Of a DNA stretch of 45,894 nt, positions 26,865-36,815 are shown in pieces. The notes under the pieces are model-generated. The model did not search any database. It saw nothing but the letters and a program-made list of their open reading frames with translations, and had not been told where the DNA came from. Source of the stretch: Gammaproteobacteria bacterium. Lineage in GTDB: Bacteria; Pseudomonadota; Gammaproteobacteria; Pseudomonadales; Cellvibrionaceae. Position 1 is the stretch's first letter, and every line of letters starts with the position of its first letter. The DNA lies in contig JAYTSJ010000076.1 of the NCBI GenBank assembly GCA_043745725.1, positions 1-45,894 on the forward strand, in the 5' to 3' direction. The translations under genes and the position numbers were made by a program.

Positions 26865-27824
26865 ATGACAAACACCACCAATAAAGAACAAGATTTTTCA
26901 GTTGTCGCATCTTCAAGCTGGGAACTCGATAAAATTGTGAACGAATTGCGTGCTGCACGCAATGATTGGCGCAGCCAACGCGGGCGTTTACGCGAAGCAG
27001 GCTTGCGTGAATTGCCGTCTCGCGATGCATTACAACAGATTATGAGCGATCTTTGCGGTGCGCTTTTCCCCATGCGTCTTGGCCCACAAGATTTGCGTGA
27101 AGAAAGCGAAGATTATTATGTTGGCCATACACTGGATGCAGCACTGAATCAATTGCTATTACAAGTACAACTCGAATTACTGTATGCCGTGCGACAACAA
27201 CGCGACATTAACGATGAAAAAGAATTTAAATTACAGGCCACGCACATTGTTCGCTTGTTCGCAGCAGCCTTACCGCGCTTGCGCCGAATTTTGGACATTG
27301 ATGTACAAACAGCTTTCCACGGTGATCCAGCTGCACACAGCGTAGATGAAGTGTTGCTCTGCTACCCGGGTATTCTCGCCATTATCTATCACCGCCTCGC
27401 GCATACACTTTACGAATTAGGTGTACCTTTGTTAGCACGAATTGTTGCGGAACTTGCGCATTCCACTACTGGCATTGACATTCACCCAGGGGCGCAAATT
27501 GGCAGTGGATTTTTTATTGATCATGGCACCGGCGTAGTAATTGGTGAAACTGCGGTAATCGGCGAGCGCGTCCGGGTTTATCAAGCCGTCACGCTCGGTG
27601 CAAAAACATTTCCTACCGATGAAACTGGCGCGCTGCAAAAAGGTTTACCACGTCATCCCATTGTTGAAGATGATGTAGTGATTTATGCGGGCGCGACCGT
27701 ACTGGGGCGCATAACTATCGGCAAAGGCTCAACCATTGGTGGCAATGTGTGGCTGACACGCAGTGTTCCGCCGGGCAGTAGCATTACACAAGCAACATCG
27801 CGCAATATCGCGGAGGTACAGTGA
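26865..27824 (+). CDS. Serine O-acetyltransferase (CysE/EpsC/SrpH-type)
   Basis: GDPAA, GIDIHPGA, FIDHGTGVVIGET hexapeptide repeats, RHP. Confidence 0.95.
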   Translation: MTNTTNKEQDFSVVASSSWELDKIVNELRAARNDWRSQRGRLREAGLRELPSRDALQQIMSDLCGALFPMRLGPQDLREESEDYYVGHTLDAALNQLLLQVQLELLYAVRQQRDINDEKEFKLQATHIVRLFAAALPRLRRILDIDVQTAFHGDPAAHSVDEVLLCYPGILAIIYHRLAHTLYELGVPLLARIVAELAHSTTGIDIHPGAQIGSGFFIDHGTGVVIGETAVIGERVRVYQAVTLGAKTFPTDETGALQKGLPRHPIVEDDVVIYAGATVLGRITIGKGSTIGGNVWLTRSVPPGSSITQATSRNIAEVQ

Positions 27825-28069
27825 TGAGCATCGCCGTTCATTTTGGCCGTGTTGTAAAACGTATTCGTGAAGAGCGCGGATTATCGCAAGAAGTATTGGC
27901 GGATTATGCTGATTTAAATCGTAGTTATGTTGGTGAGGTAGAGCGCGGCTTAGTTATGCCCTCACTGGCGACTGTAACAAAAATTGCAAAAGCATTCAAT
28001 TTACCTACATCGGATTTATTAATACTTTACGAAATTTATGAAAAATCCGAACTTGAAAAAATTGAATAA
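27821..28069 (+). CDS. XRE-family helix-turn-helix regulator
   Basis: R..RGLSQE.LA...DL.RSYVG.VERG...PSL. Confidence 0.9.
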   Translation: MMSIAVHFGRVVKRIREERGLSQEVLADYADLNRSYVGEVERGLVMPSLATVTKIAKAFNLPTSDLLILYEIYEKSELEKIE

Positions 28070-28214
28070 TTTTTTCAAGTTTATTGGGTGACTTGATGAT
28101 GGCTATAGACGGTTGAGGTTTTTCTATAAGAATGCCATCTTAGCTTAGTATTTTTTCTATATAAAAACTATTTAACTTTTAAACATTCATCTTATTAATT
28201 AAAGGAACTCCCTG

Positions 28215-29147
28215 ATGGCGAGCGAAAATGAAGTGCAACTAGCACTTGGCGATAATGCAGCGCGGCAATTAGCGAATGCGACTAAAACTACACCACAATT
28301 ATCTATTATTTCCCCGCGCTGGCTTGTACATTTATTGCAATGGACTCCCGTAGAAGCAGGTATTTTTCGTTTAAACCGCGTGAAAAATCCAACGCAAGTA
28401 ACGGTGACGTGCTCAAAACGCGATGAATCAGACATTAAACCTACCTTCGTTGATTACGATGATAACCCGCGCGAATATTTTTTGAATGCGGTAACCAGTG
28501 TTGTTGATATACACACTCGTGTTTCTGATTTATACAACAATCCGCACGATCAAATTAAAGAACAATTACGTTTAACAATTGAAACGATTAAAGAACGTCA
28601 GGAAAGTGAATTAATTAATAATCCTGAATACGGTTTGTTGGCAAGTGTAGATGAAACACAACGTATCTCTACACTAACGGGCGCCCCAACACCAGATGAT
28701 TTGGATGAGCTATTGGTAAAAGTGTGGAAAGAACCTGGTTTCTTTTTAGCGCACCCGTTAGCGATTGCCGCATTCGGTCGCGAATGTACACGTCGCGGTG
28801 TGCCACCACCCACGGTGAGTTTATTTGGTTCGCAATTTATTACGTGGCGCGGTGTACCACTCATTCCATCTGATAAATTACCGATTGATGAGAATGGCAA
28901 AACTAAAATTTTATTATTACGCGTCGGGGATAAACGCCAGGGCGTTATTGGTTTGTATCAACCTGGATTGGCTGGGCAGCAAAGCCCCGGTTTGTCTGTG
29001 CGTTTTATGGGCATTGGTCGCAACGCTATCGCTTCTTACTTAATTTCCTTGTATTGCTCTCTTGCAGTCTTAACCGAAGATGCGCTTGCCGTGCTCGAGG
29101 ATGTAGAAGTGGGTAAATATCACGATTATCCCGACACTTATAAATAA
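28215..29147 (+). CDS. Family 2A encapsulin shell protein (SrpI / major membrane protein I-like)
   Basis: AARQLANATKT.PQ, VEAGIFRLNRV, HTRVSDLY, GAPTPDDLDELL, RRGVPPP; adjacent to a cysteine desulfurase. Confidence 0.95.
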   Translation: MASENEVQLALGDNAARQLANATKTTPQLSIISPRWLVHLLQWTPVEAGIFRLNRVKNPTQVTVTCSKRDESDIKPTFVDYDDNPREYFLNAVTSVVDIHTRVSDLYNNPHDQIKEQLRLTIETIKERQESELINNPEYGLLASVDETQRISTLTGAPTPDDLDELLVKVWKEPGFFLAHPLAIAAFGRECTRRGVPPPTVSLFGSQFITWRGVPLIPSDKLPIDENGKTKILLLRVGDKRQGVIGLYQPGLAGQQSPGLSVRFMGIGRNAIASYLISLYCSLAVLTEDALAVLEDVEVGKYHDYPDTYK

Positions 29148-31021
29148 TGGTTGATGTTGTTATGAATGAACATCAAGATTTACCAGACCTACAATCATTG
29201 GCCGCAATGGCCAATGAATTTTTTCAAGCTCTACCCAATGCAGCACCCATTGTTTCTGGTTTGCGCGCCAATATTCCTCAACCAGTTATTCCCCAACCAA
29301 TGCAGGAGCAACATGCAACAGTTGCTCCTGCAGCTCAGCATTATTTTGCCGATAATACGAACACTTATCCGTTCGCTAATGTGCAGATTGATCAATTGAC
29401 AACGCAGGTTTCACCACAAGTTTTTGGCTTGCCTAGTGACGGTGAACTAAAAAGTTTATTAGCGGATGACAGATTTATCACTCAGCCGCAGCAAAATACT
29501 TTTGCAAACAGACCACAAGCAGCAACAGAGTTGCAAGTTCCACAGCAATTAGAAAATTATTCCAGCCATTATCACCAGCCCCAAACTAGAGGTAGTGATC
29601 GTGTAACACCCGGCAGCTTAAACTTGCCGGGCGAACTGGATGTACAACAATTACTCGCTGCGGAATTTACCTTTACAAAATTTACTGCGCCGGCTCAGAC
29701 AAGTTCAGCCGCACCAGATTCACGTTTTTATTTTCTGGATTCTGGTGTACAACCGGTATTTGGCAACTCGCCAAAACACGGGCAATTTGCAGCTGAATCA
29801 CAGGGTTTTGATGTACAGGCCATTCGTCGCGATTTTCCAATTTTAGCAGAGCGTGTGAATGGCAAGCCGCTGATATGGTTTGACAATGCCGCCACTACGC
29901 AGAAACCAAAATCGGTCATCGAGCGCGTAAGTTATTTTTATGAACACGAAAATTCTAATATTCATCGCGCTGCCCACGAATTAGCAGCACGCGCAACTGA
30001 TGCTTATGAAGGTGCGCGCAATAAAGTTACAAAATTTATCGGGGCAAAATCATCCGATGAAATTATTTTTGTGCGCGGCGCTACCGAAGGTATTAATTTA
30101 TTGGCGAATACCTTTGGCCAACAGCATGTAGGTGAAGGCGATGAAATCATTGTTTCACAATTGGAACACCACGCTAATATTGTGCCCTGGTATATGCTGG
30201 CAACACGCGTGGGGGCAAAGCTTCGTGTAATTCCCGTAGATGATAGTGGCCAAATTTTGCTGGATGAATTTCGCAAACTGATTAATGGCCGCACAAAATT
30301 AGTATCAGTGACACAAGTATCTAACGCGCTGGGAACCGTTACACCCATTAAAGATATTATCAGTATTGCGCACGCTTCTGGTGTACCGGTAATTGTGGAT
30401 GGTGCGCAATCGATATCACACATGCGCGTTAATATGCAGGAATTGGATGCAGATTTTTTTGTATTCTCTGGCCATAAAGTATTTGGCCCGACAGGTATCG
30501 GCGTTGTCTATGGCAAAGCCGAACACTTGAAAAATCTTGCGCCCTGGCAAGGGGGCGGCAATATGATAGCGGACGTGACTTTTGAACGTATCATTTATCA
30601 AGATGCACCCAATCGTTTTGAGGCAGGCACAGGTAACATTGCCGATGCCGTAGGGTTAGGCGCAGCAATTGATTATGTTGAACGCGTTGGTATGGATCGT
30701 ATCGCGCGATATGAACATGATTTATTGGTTTACGGCACACAACGTTTGCAACCGATTCCTGGTGTACGTTTGATTGGTACGGCAACGAATAAAGCCAGTG
30801 TTCTCTCGTTTGTATTAGCGGGCTATAAAACAGAAGAAGTTGGTACAGCCTTAAATCGCGAAGGCATAGCAGTTCGCTCTGGCCACCACTGCGCCCAGCC
30901 AATTTTGCGGCGCTTTGGCCTGGAAACCACAGTTCGGCCTTCATTTGCTTTTTATAATACCTGTGAAGAAATTGATTTAATGGTAGCGGTGGTAGAACAG
31001 CTTGCCAGGGCAAGGCGTTAA
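29147..31021 (+). CDS. Encapsulin cargo cysteine desulfurase (SufS-like with long N-terminal loading domain)
   Basis: FDNAATTQKP, SGHK PLP lysine, RSGHHCAQP; about 220-aa Q/P-rich N-terminal extension with LAAMANEFF. Confidence 0.95.
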   Translation: MVDVVMNEHQDLPDLQSLAAMANEFFQALPNAAPIVSGLRANIPQPVIPQPMQEQHATVAPAAQHYFADNTNTYPFANVQIDQLTTQVSPQVFGLPSDGELKSLLADDRFITQPQQNTFANRPQAATELQVPQQLENYSSHYHQPQTRGSDRVTPGSLNLPGELDVQQLLAAEFTFTKFTAPAQTSSAAPDSRFYFLDSGVQPVFGNSPKHGQFAAESQGFDVQAIRRDFPILAERVNGKPLIWFDNAATTQKPKSVIERVSYFYEHENSNIHRAAHELAARATDAYEGARNKVTKFIGAKSSDEIIFVRGATEGINLLANTFGQQHVGEGDEIIVSQLEHHANIVPWYMLATRVGAKLRVIPVDDSGQILLDEFRKLINGRTKLVSVTQVSNALGTVTPIKDIISIAHASGVPVIVDGAQSISHMRVNMQELDADFFVFSGHKVFGPTGIGVVYGKAEHLKNLAPWQGGGNMIADVTFERIIYQDAPNRFEAGTGNIADAVGLGAAIDYVERVGMDRIARYEHDLLVYGTQRLQPIPGVRLIGTATNKASVLSFVLAGYKTEEVGTALNREGIAVRSGHHCAQPILRRFGLETTVRPSFAFYNTCEEIDLMVAVVEQLARARR

Positions 31022-31037
31022 TCAACTCGCAGCAAAA

Positions 31038-31070
31038 AAAACAAAGCCCGGAATCTCCGGACTTTGTTTT
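31038..31070 (+). terminator. Intrinsic terminator of the encapsulin operon
   Basis: AAAACAAAG-CCCGGA-atc-TCCGGA-CTTTGTTTT. Confidence 0.8.
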
Positions 31071-31315
31071 CGTTCTATTTTTTCATTCCATTTTTTCGCA
31101 AGAGGCTATTCGGCTACAAGCCCCAAGATTTCTTTCTTTAAAATTAGACACACATTCACGATAATTTTTATACATTAATTTTCGTTTTATTTTCCTCACT
31201 TAAGAGTCAGGAAATGCGATATAACGTAACCACGCCTAGCGAATTTTCTGATCTTTTTTTACATAAATTTTAGAAAAAATATTCTATTGCGATTAAATTT
31301 TTAAAATTAATCGAT

Positions 31316-31356
31316 AAAAAAAGCGGGTCGCATAAATCTTATGCGGCCCGCTTTTT
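31316..31356 (-). terminator. Intrinsic terminator downstream of GH76 copy B
   Basis: AAAAAAAGCGGGTCGCATAA-atc-TTATGCGGCCCGCTTTTT. Confidence 0.85.
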
Positions 31357-31437
31357 AGTTGGAGCATCAGCTTAAGTTGATTATTGTTCGTCGACTTAAG
31401 CCTTCTGATTTAAAAATAATTATTGCAACAATCACTT

Positions 31438-33387
31438 TTATTGTAATAACCAGCGTTGCTGATCACCGCCATTCCAGCCCCATTGAATAAGCTTCATACC
31501 GTTGGTTGCAGAACTTGAGTTATCCAATACAGCGCCGCTCGCCTTGTTCCAGATTTTGTAACTGCCATCGGCTTGTTGTTCGATCCACCAGCGTTGGTTG
31601 TCACTGCGACTCGGCGTCCATAACACCAGTTGGGTACCATTTGCAGTGCTATTACCAGGGACATCCAGTGCCTTCCAGCTAGACATGCTGATAATGTTCC
31701 AGGAAGCATCTTCATTCTGGGTGAGCAACCATTTTTGATTTATGCCGAAATTTAAACCCCATTGAATCACTCCTGAACCTTCTGCAAACAAGCCAGAACT
31801 ATCAATCGCAATCCCATTTTGTTTGCTTACAATCACGTGGGTACCAGCGATATTGTTCGGCATTGCAGTCGGCGTGTACTGCAGCCAAGCTACTGCGCTG
31901 GCGAACTTGCTGGTAGTCAACGTGTCGTCGTTCGGGGTTTTGTTTAACCAGCCATTCCAGGTGATGTTGTAATCTGTACGACGGTTATTCCAAATAGCAT
32001 CGGCGTTTTGTTTCATCCAGGAGTAGTAACCATCCCACTGGCGATTGTCGCGAATAAAGTGGCCGGCACCGCGCGCCATTTCATCACCCCAAGTATTTAA
32101 GTAACCGGCATTGTTGCTGATAACACCGTTAGTAGTCATGTGGTCGCGGGTGTAATCAATCGCTTTTTTGGCGTAGTCGTAATACTTCTTATCGCCTGTC
32201 GCGAGGTAGAGCAAATGGGAGTAATTGGCAAAGGTGCCCTGGTTGTAGGCGGCTGATCCCTTGTTAATTACACCAGCGCGGTCAACCTGCGCATAAACTT
32301 GGCCGGTATCCTGATTATAAACATGGCTCACAACCCACGCGTGAATTTGAATAGCGCGATCGAGATACCATTGATCATGAATACTTTGGTAAATCATAAC
32401 CGCTGCGGTACCCAAACTATCGTTGGATAATGGATTCTTACCGATGGAAGCACTTTCATTGGCAGGTGTTTTTTCTGGTTGCTGCTCCCAAATGCCGCCG
32501 TCGTTGTAGACAGTATCCCAGCCGCGTGTCCAAGCCATATTGAAACCGTACTTGGCAGCCGTTAAATAGCTGGTATTACCGGTTATTTGGTAGCCGCGCA
32601 TTAACATAATGGCGTTCCAACCTATGTCATCGTTCCAACCGTCCCAATCCCATGGCGTTGGCATATCTTTCAGCCAGCCCGCACAAAGTCTGTCAATCAA
32701 GGGTTTAAGATCGGCACGACCAGTCCGCTCGTAAGCGTCTTGCACTGAAAGAATATCAAGCGCACCCACCCAACCGCCATCAAACTTGGTCGCAGTGACG
32801 TTATTTTTGAAAGCGGTTTTACCGCCGGAATCCACCATAAAGGCGCGCAGATATCCATTAAGCGATGCGTCAGCGTTAGGGTTTACAACCGCATTCGGAT
32901 TATTGGTAATGCCGTTGGCGGTGATATTGATCCAATTTAAATTGAACCCGCCAACCTTGGCCGTTACGCCGAGATTATAAGTGCCCGCAGCAAGGGTTAC
33001 GGTTTGTGAAACGTTGGTCCAATTCTGCCAGCCACCGGTATTAGGAATTGCAATTGTTCCCAATTGCGTAGCGCCAGCATTGTAATCTGTGGACATCACA
33101 GCCGTAGCATTAGGCGATGCAACGCGATATTGAATCGTATAACTGCCGGTACTTGGCACCGTGATGGTATACGTCAGCCAATCACCAGTATCGATCCAGC
33201 CGACGTTCTGCGTACCCTCACTTGAAGCTTCTAATTGAACACCAGCCATGGAGTTGTATGCCTCGGCTTCAATTTTTCCGGGAATGTTCACCGCTAAAAC
33301 GATACTGCTCATGGTCATACCAACAGCGGCTGTCACCCCCATTGATAGTATTTTTTTAAACATTGGTTTTTTGAAATTAATCTGCAT
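31438..33387 (-). CDS. Secreted CBM6-GH76-ricin putative endo-alpha-1,6-mannanase, copy B
   Basis: Same 649-aa length and architecture as 12487-14436; identical runs such as GWLKDMPTPWDWDGWNDDIGWNAIMLMRGYQITGN. Confidence 0.9.
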   Translation of the reverse strand: MQINFKKPMFKKILSMGVTAAVGMTMSSIVLAVNIPGKIEAEAYNSMAGVQLEASSEGTQNVGWIDTGDWLTYTITVPSTGSYTIQYRVASPNATAVMSTDYNAGATQLGTIAIPNTGGWQNWTNVSQTVTLAAGTYNLGVTAKVGGFNLNWINITANGITNNPNAVVNPNADASLNGYLRAFMVDSGGKTAFKNNVTATKFDGGWVGALDILSVQDAYERTGRADLKPLIDRLCAGWLKDMPTPWDWDGWNDDIGWNAIMLMRGYQITGNTSYLTAAKYGFNMAWTRGWDTVYNDGGIWEQQPEKTPANESASIGKNPLSNDSLGTAAVMIYQSIHDQWYLDRAIQIHAWVVSHVYNQDTGQVYAQVDRAGVINKGSAAYNQGTFANYSHLLYLATGDKKYYDYAKKAIDYTRDHMTTNGVISNNAGYLNTWGDEMARGAGHFIRDNRQWDGYYSWMKQNADAIWNNRRTDYNITWNGWLNKTPNDDTLTTSKFASAVAWLQYTPTAMPNNIAGTHVIVSKQNGIAIDSSGLFAEGSGVIQWGLNFGINQKWLLTQNEDASWNIISMSSWKALDVPGNSTANGTQLVLWTPSRSDNQRWWIEQQADGSYKIWNKASGAVLDNSSSATNGMKLIQWGWNGGDQQRWLLQ

Positions 33388-33433
33388 TTTATGCCTCGTT
33401 ATTGATTTGGTTAAAACGGTGGAGATTTCGTTG

Positions 33434-33468
33434 AACTAACCACTCAGCTTCGAGCTGGGTGATTAGTT
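33434..33468 (-). other. Intercistronic stem-loop between GH92 and GH76-B
   Basis: AACTAACCACTCAGCT-tcg-AGCTGGGTGATTAGTT, no U-tract. Confidence 0.6.
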
Positions 33469-33545
33469 GTGTATCTTCATGCTTGACGCAGCTGTTACAA
33501 CGCTTATGACCTACTAAGGCGCTACTATGACCCAACTATAATCCG

Positions 33546-36500
33546 CTAAGGCGCTACTATCGCCCAGCTTTGGTTGGCGCCACTATTGCACCCCCAAAGG
33601 CCTACTGCAGTGCCATTGGTAGTGCCCCAACCGGTAGCATCCAAACACAAGCCGGTATTGCTGGCTGGGTTCAGTACATAGCCACCATTTTGCGCAACAG
33701 CTTTCCAGGCTTGAGCCGTTGAACCGTTACAAGGTTGTAAGGTGGCGGCGGAACCTGAGACGCTTAAGCAGTAATTTCCTGCTGACAGTGAGATGGTGTA
33801 GAAGCCAGCCTGATTGGCGTTGGCGAAAACCCACGTCTGATTTGCGGAGTTTTGCGTTTGCCACAGGATGATTGGGTTGTTCATGCCCAAACCGCCACCT
33901 GCGTCGTCCAGCGCTAAATTCGGTGCATGTTGCGGATGCAATACATGACTACCATTGAGTGCGCCGCCGTTCACATCGCCGCTGGTGATGCCAATATCGT
34001 CTATGTAGCCTTTGAATGATCCCGTGGTTTCAGGGCGATCATAACCAACAACAATACGATCGATGGTTTTGCCGGCATTAGCTTGTCCAATAGTTGAGCG
34101 CACCTGATTCCATACACCGCGCGTCAATCTGCCGCTATTGCCCTGAAAAGTTGGATGCACACGCACACCATTCTGATCAACAGCACCGGAATCACGCAGG
34201 CTCGTCCCGTCAGTAAAGATCAAGTCAACCGCTACGTAAGTACTGTTGTCATAACCTATTTCCGGGTAAATCCAGTACGACAACTGAGTAGTCGCCGTCA
34301 CCGGAATATTCACATCGAAAATTTTGTTGTAAGAGAAAGATCTTGATGTGTCGTTATCAATTCCCGCATACATAAGCGCAATACCGCCACTATGGGCAAC
34401 GCCATCCCAACGTGCTGCTGTTTCCATATGGGTTGCACCACAGCAAATGCCGCCGATATTAGCGTCATAGTTGATGGTGTCGTTCCAATCAGGCATAGAG
34501 CTAGGCGAGAAATCAGCAAAGAAAGAAGCGGCGCTGCTTAGGCGTGGTTCGTCAAACGACGGTGGGGCATCGCTCGCCGCACTGCCCCATTGCGTATTGG
34601 CATTACTGCCTAAATCAAACGACAGATTGCTATCATTTGTGAGTTGGTTAAGGCCTACCCAAACACGGGTAGACGTTTGCCCGTTCAGTCTCATGCTCTG
34701 AACATAAGTGCCATTTGCGCCAGCATTGGGAGCATCTATGGTTAGCGTGCGCCCATTACCCATGCGAACCAGCGTGTTGGTAAACAGTGGCGTGCTGATA
34801 GTAAAACCACCTACGCCCGGCACTTCTGGATAAAGCCCGAGAGCTGCCCATACATACCAGGATGAAAGCGCGCCCAGGTCATCATTACCGGGCAAACCGT
34901 TGGCATTGGCGGTATAAAGCTGGGTCATAATGCGTCGCACAAGCGCCTGGGTTTTGTAAGGCGCACCGGCGAAGTTGTACACAAAAGGAGTGCCGCCTTC
35001 CGGCTCATTACCCAACCACGCGCGCTCATTGCCGGGGCCGGCATCAAGCACCGTAAAGTGATGATCCAAGCGCGCTACGGCAGCAGCATTACCGCCCATC
35101 GCATCGATCAAGCCGCGATAGTTTTGTGGCACCATCCAAGTATATTGGCCAGGAGTTCCCTCGGCAAAACCATCCCCGTTTGAAGGGTTGAAATCACTTT
35201 TAAAGCCGCCAGTAGCAAAACGTTGTTGAATGTAGCCATTGCGATTTGAGTAAAGGTTTTTCCAGTTTTGTGCACGCATCAAATAGCGATCGCGCTTGCC
35301 AGAATCACCCAGGCTACCAGCCAATTGGGCAATAGCAGAATCCGCGACGGCGAACTCGAGCGTGTTAGCCATAGGCGCGTCTTTGAGTAAATCGAACGGA
35401 ATAAAGCCTCGATTCATATATTCTGTAAGGCCGGGGCGCAATTCACAACCACCGGTTCTCACGCCTGGTTCGTTGGCCGATTTTTCCATAACGCGTAATG
35501 CACCAGCCGTGTCAAAGTTCTTGCCGCCGAAAGCCCAAAGGTTAGCTACTACCAGCGTCCCTGAGTCACCAGCCATAATGCAGTCGTCGCTGTTCCCCAT
35601 GGGCCACTTGGGGAAACCACCACCTGCGGCAGTGGCATCCGCCACCATGGATTGCGCCATGTCACTCGCTTCTTTTGGAGCTAACCAACCGAGTAATTGC
35701 ACTTGCGAACGGTAAACGTCCCAACCGGAAAAGTTTGCGTACTTGTCCCATCCTGATGCGGTGTAAATTTTCTTATCGAAGCCAATGTACTGGCCATTCA
35801 CATCGCTAAACAAATTGGGATGCAGCAGGGAATGGTAAAGCGCCGAATAGAATTTAGTGCGATCGGCAGTTGAACCACCTGTGACCTGGATTTTGTTAAG
35901 CGAGGCATTCCATGTGGACTGCGCGTCGGCTTTGATTTTATTGAAATCCCAATTGGGGTTTTCGTTTTGCAGATTCATCCTGGCGTTATCAGTGCTAACG
36001 TAAGAAATACCGAGCTTAAGCTGGATTTGCCCGCCGCTAGAGAACTTCACCCAGCCGCCATTTTTTTGCCCTTGATTAGCAACGCGTGAACCGGCGTTAA
36101 CGCTATCGCCCGCGAAGGTGCCAAAACTAGAAAATGTACGGTCGAATTGACCATAAAAATAAACGGTGTAACCACCAGTGCCGCATACGCCACCTGTGCG
36201 CATATAGCCTTTTACGGTGTCGTTGTTGACGATTTCAAGCTGCGCATATTGTGCGCCTACACCATTTCGGCCGACGTTGAAAATCACCGTAGCTTCATTG
36301 GTGTTCGGATAGGTAAAACGCCCAAAGCCGGTTCGTTTGGTTACGGTCAGCTCGGCGTTTATGCCGTTATTCATCGACATTCTGTACCAGCCTGGCTCAG
36401 CGTTTTCATTCTGAAAGCCGACTTGGTAGCTGGTGAGATTAGTCGCGGGCGAGGTATTTATGCCACCCACAATCGGCAGTATGGGAAGGTCTTGAGTAAC

Positions 36501-36815
36501 GGTGCAGCCTGTGCCGCTGGTGTGCACAAGGCTAATTCCTTGCACTACGCCCTTGCCGTATTTATAGCCACCGAGGGCGTACTGTTCCCCGTAGCCAGTA
36601 TCCGGGCTGAATTGCACCATACCAAAAGGCAGGGTTGCGCCAGGAAAGGTATTGCCCGCATGCCAACCCACATCCCGGTTTTCCGGCGTGGTATCACCCG
36701 GCTGGGTGCCAATAAAGGGGTTTACTAAGGGGAGTAAATTCGTGTCCGCATTAGCGGGCAACATACTGCCAAACCAAAGGCTCGTTGCGATCAGTAAAAG
36801 TCGTCTGTTCATCAT
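33546..36815 (-). CDS. Secreted GH92 alpha-mannosidase with an extra beta-rich module and C-terminal ricin domain
   Basis: VNPFIGT, GNTFPGA..PFGMVQ.SPDT, H.SGTG, WDVYR, EG...QYTW, GNEP, PGNDDLGALSSW. Confidence 0.93.
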   Translation of the reverse strand: MMNRRLLLIATSLWFGSMLPANADTNLLPLVNPFIGTQPGDTTPENRDVGWHAGNTFPGATLPFGMVQFSPDTGYGEQYALGGYKYGKGVVQGISLVHTSGTGCTVTQDLPILPIVGGINTSPATNLTSYQVGFQNENAEPGWYRMSMNNGINAELTVTKRTGFGRFTYPNTNEATVIFNVGRNGVGAQYAQLEIVNNDTVKGYMRTGGVCGTGGYTVYFYGQFDRTFSSFGTFAGDSVNAGSRVANQGQKNGGWVKFSSGGQIQLKLGISYVSTDNARMNLQNENPNWDFNKIKADAQSTWNASLNKIQVTGGSTADRTKFYSALYHSLLHPNLFSDVNGQYIGFDKKIYTASGWDKYANFSGWDVYRSQVQLLGWLAPKEASDMAQSMVADATAAGGGFPKWPMGNSDDCIMAGDSGTLVVANLWAFGGKNFDTAGALRVMEKSANEPGVRTGGCELRPGLTEYMNRGFIPFDLLKDAPMANTLEFAVADSAIAQLAGSLGDSGKRDRYLMRAQNWKNLYSNRNGYIQQRFATGGFKSDFNPSNGDGFAEGTPGQYTWMVPQNYRGLIDAMGGNAAAVARLDHHFTVLDAGPGNERAWLGNEPEGGTPFVYNFAGAPYKTQALVRRIMTQLYTANANGLPGNDDLGALSSWYVWAALGLYPEVPGVGGFTISTPLFTNTLVRMGNGRTLTIDAPNAGANGTYVQSMRLNGQTSTRVWVGLNQLTNDSNLSFDLGSNANTQWGSAASDAPPSFDEPRLSSAASFFADFSPSSMPDWNDTINYDANIGGICCGATHMETAARWDGVAHSGGIALMYAGIDNDTSRSFSYNKIFDVNIPVTATTQLSYWIYPEIGYDNSTYVAVDLIFTDGTSLRDSGAVDQNGVRVHPTFQGNSGRLTRGVWNQVRSTIGQANAGKTIDRIVVGYDRPETTGSFKGYIDDIGITSGDVNGGALNGSHVLHPQHAPNLALDDAGGGLGMNNPIILWQTQNSANQTWVFANANQAGFYTISLSAGNYCLSVSGSAATLQPCNGSTAQAWKAVAQNGGYVLNPASNTGLCLDATGWGTTNGTAVGLWGCNSGANQSWAIVAP

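Noticed and set aside
28215-29147. Phage major capsid gene
   Set aside because: Motifs and the desulfurase/acetyltransferase/rhodanese context identify a Family 2A encapsulin
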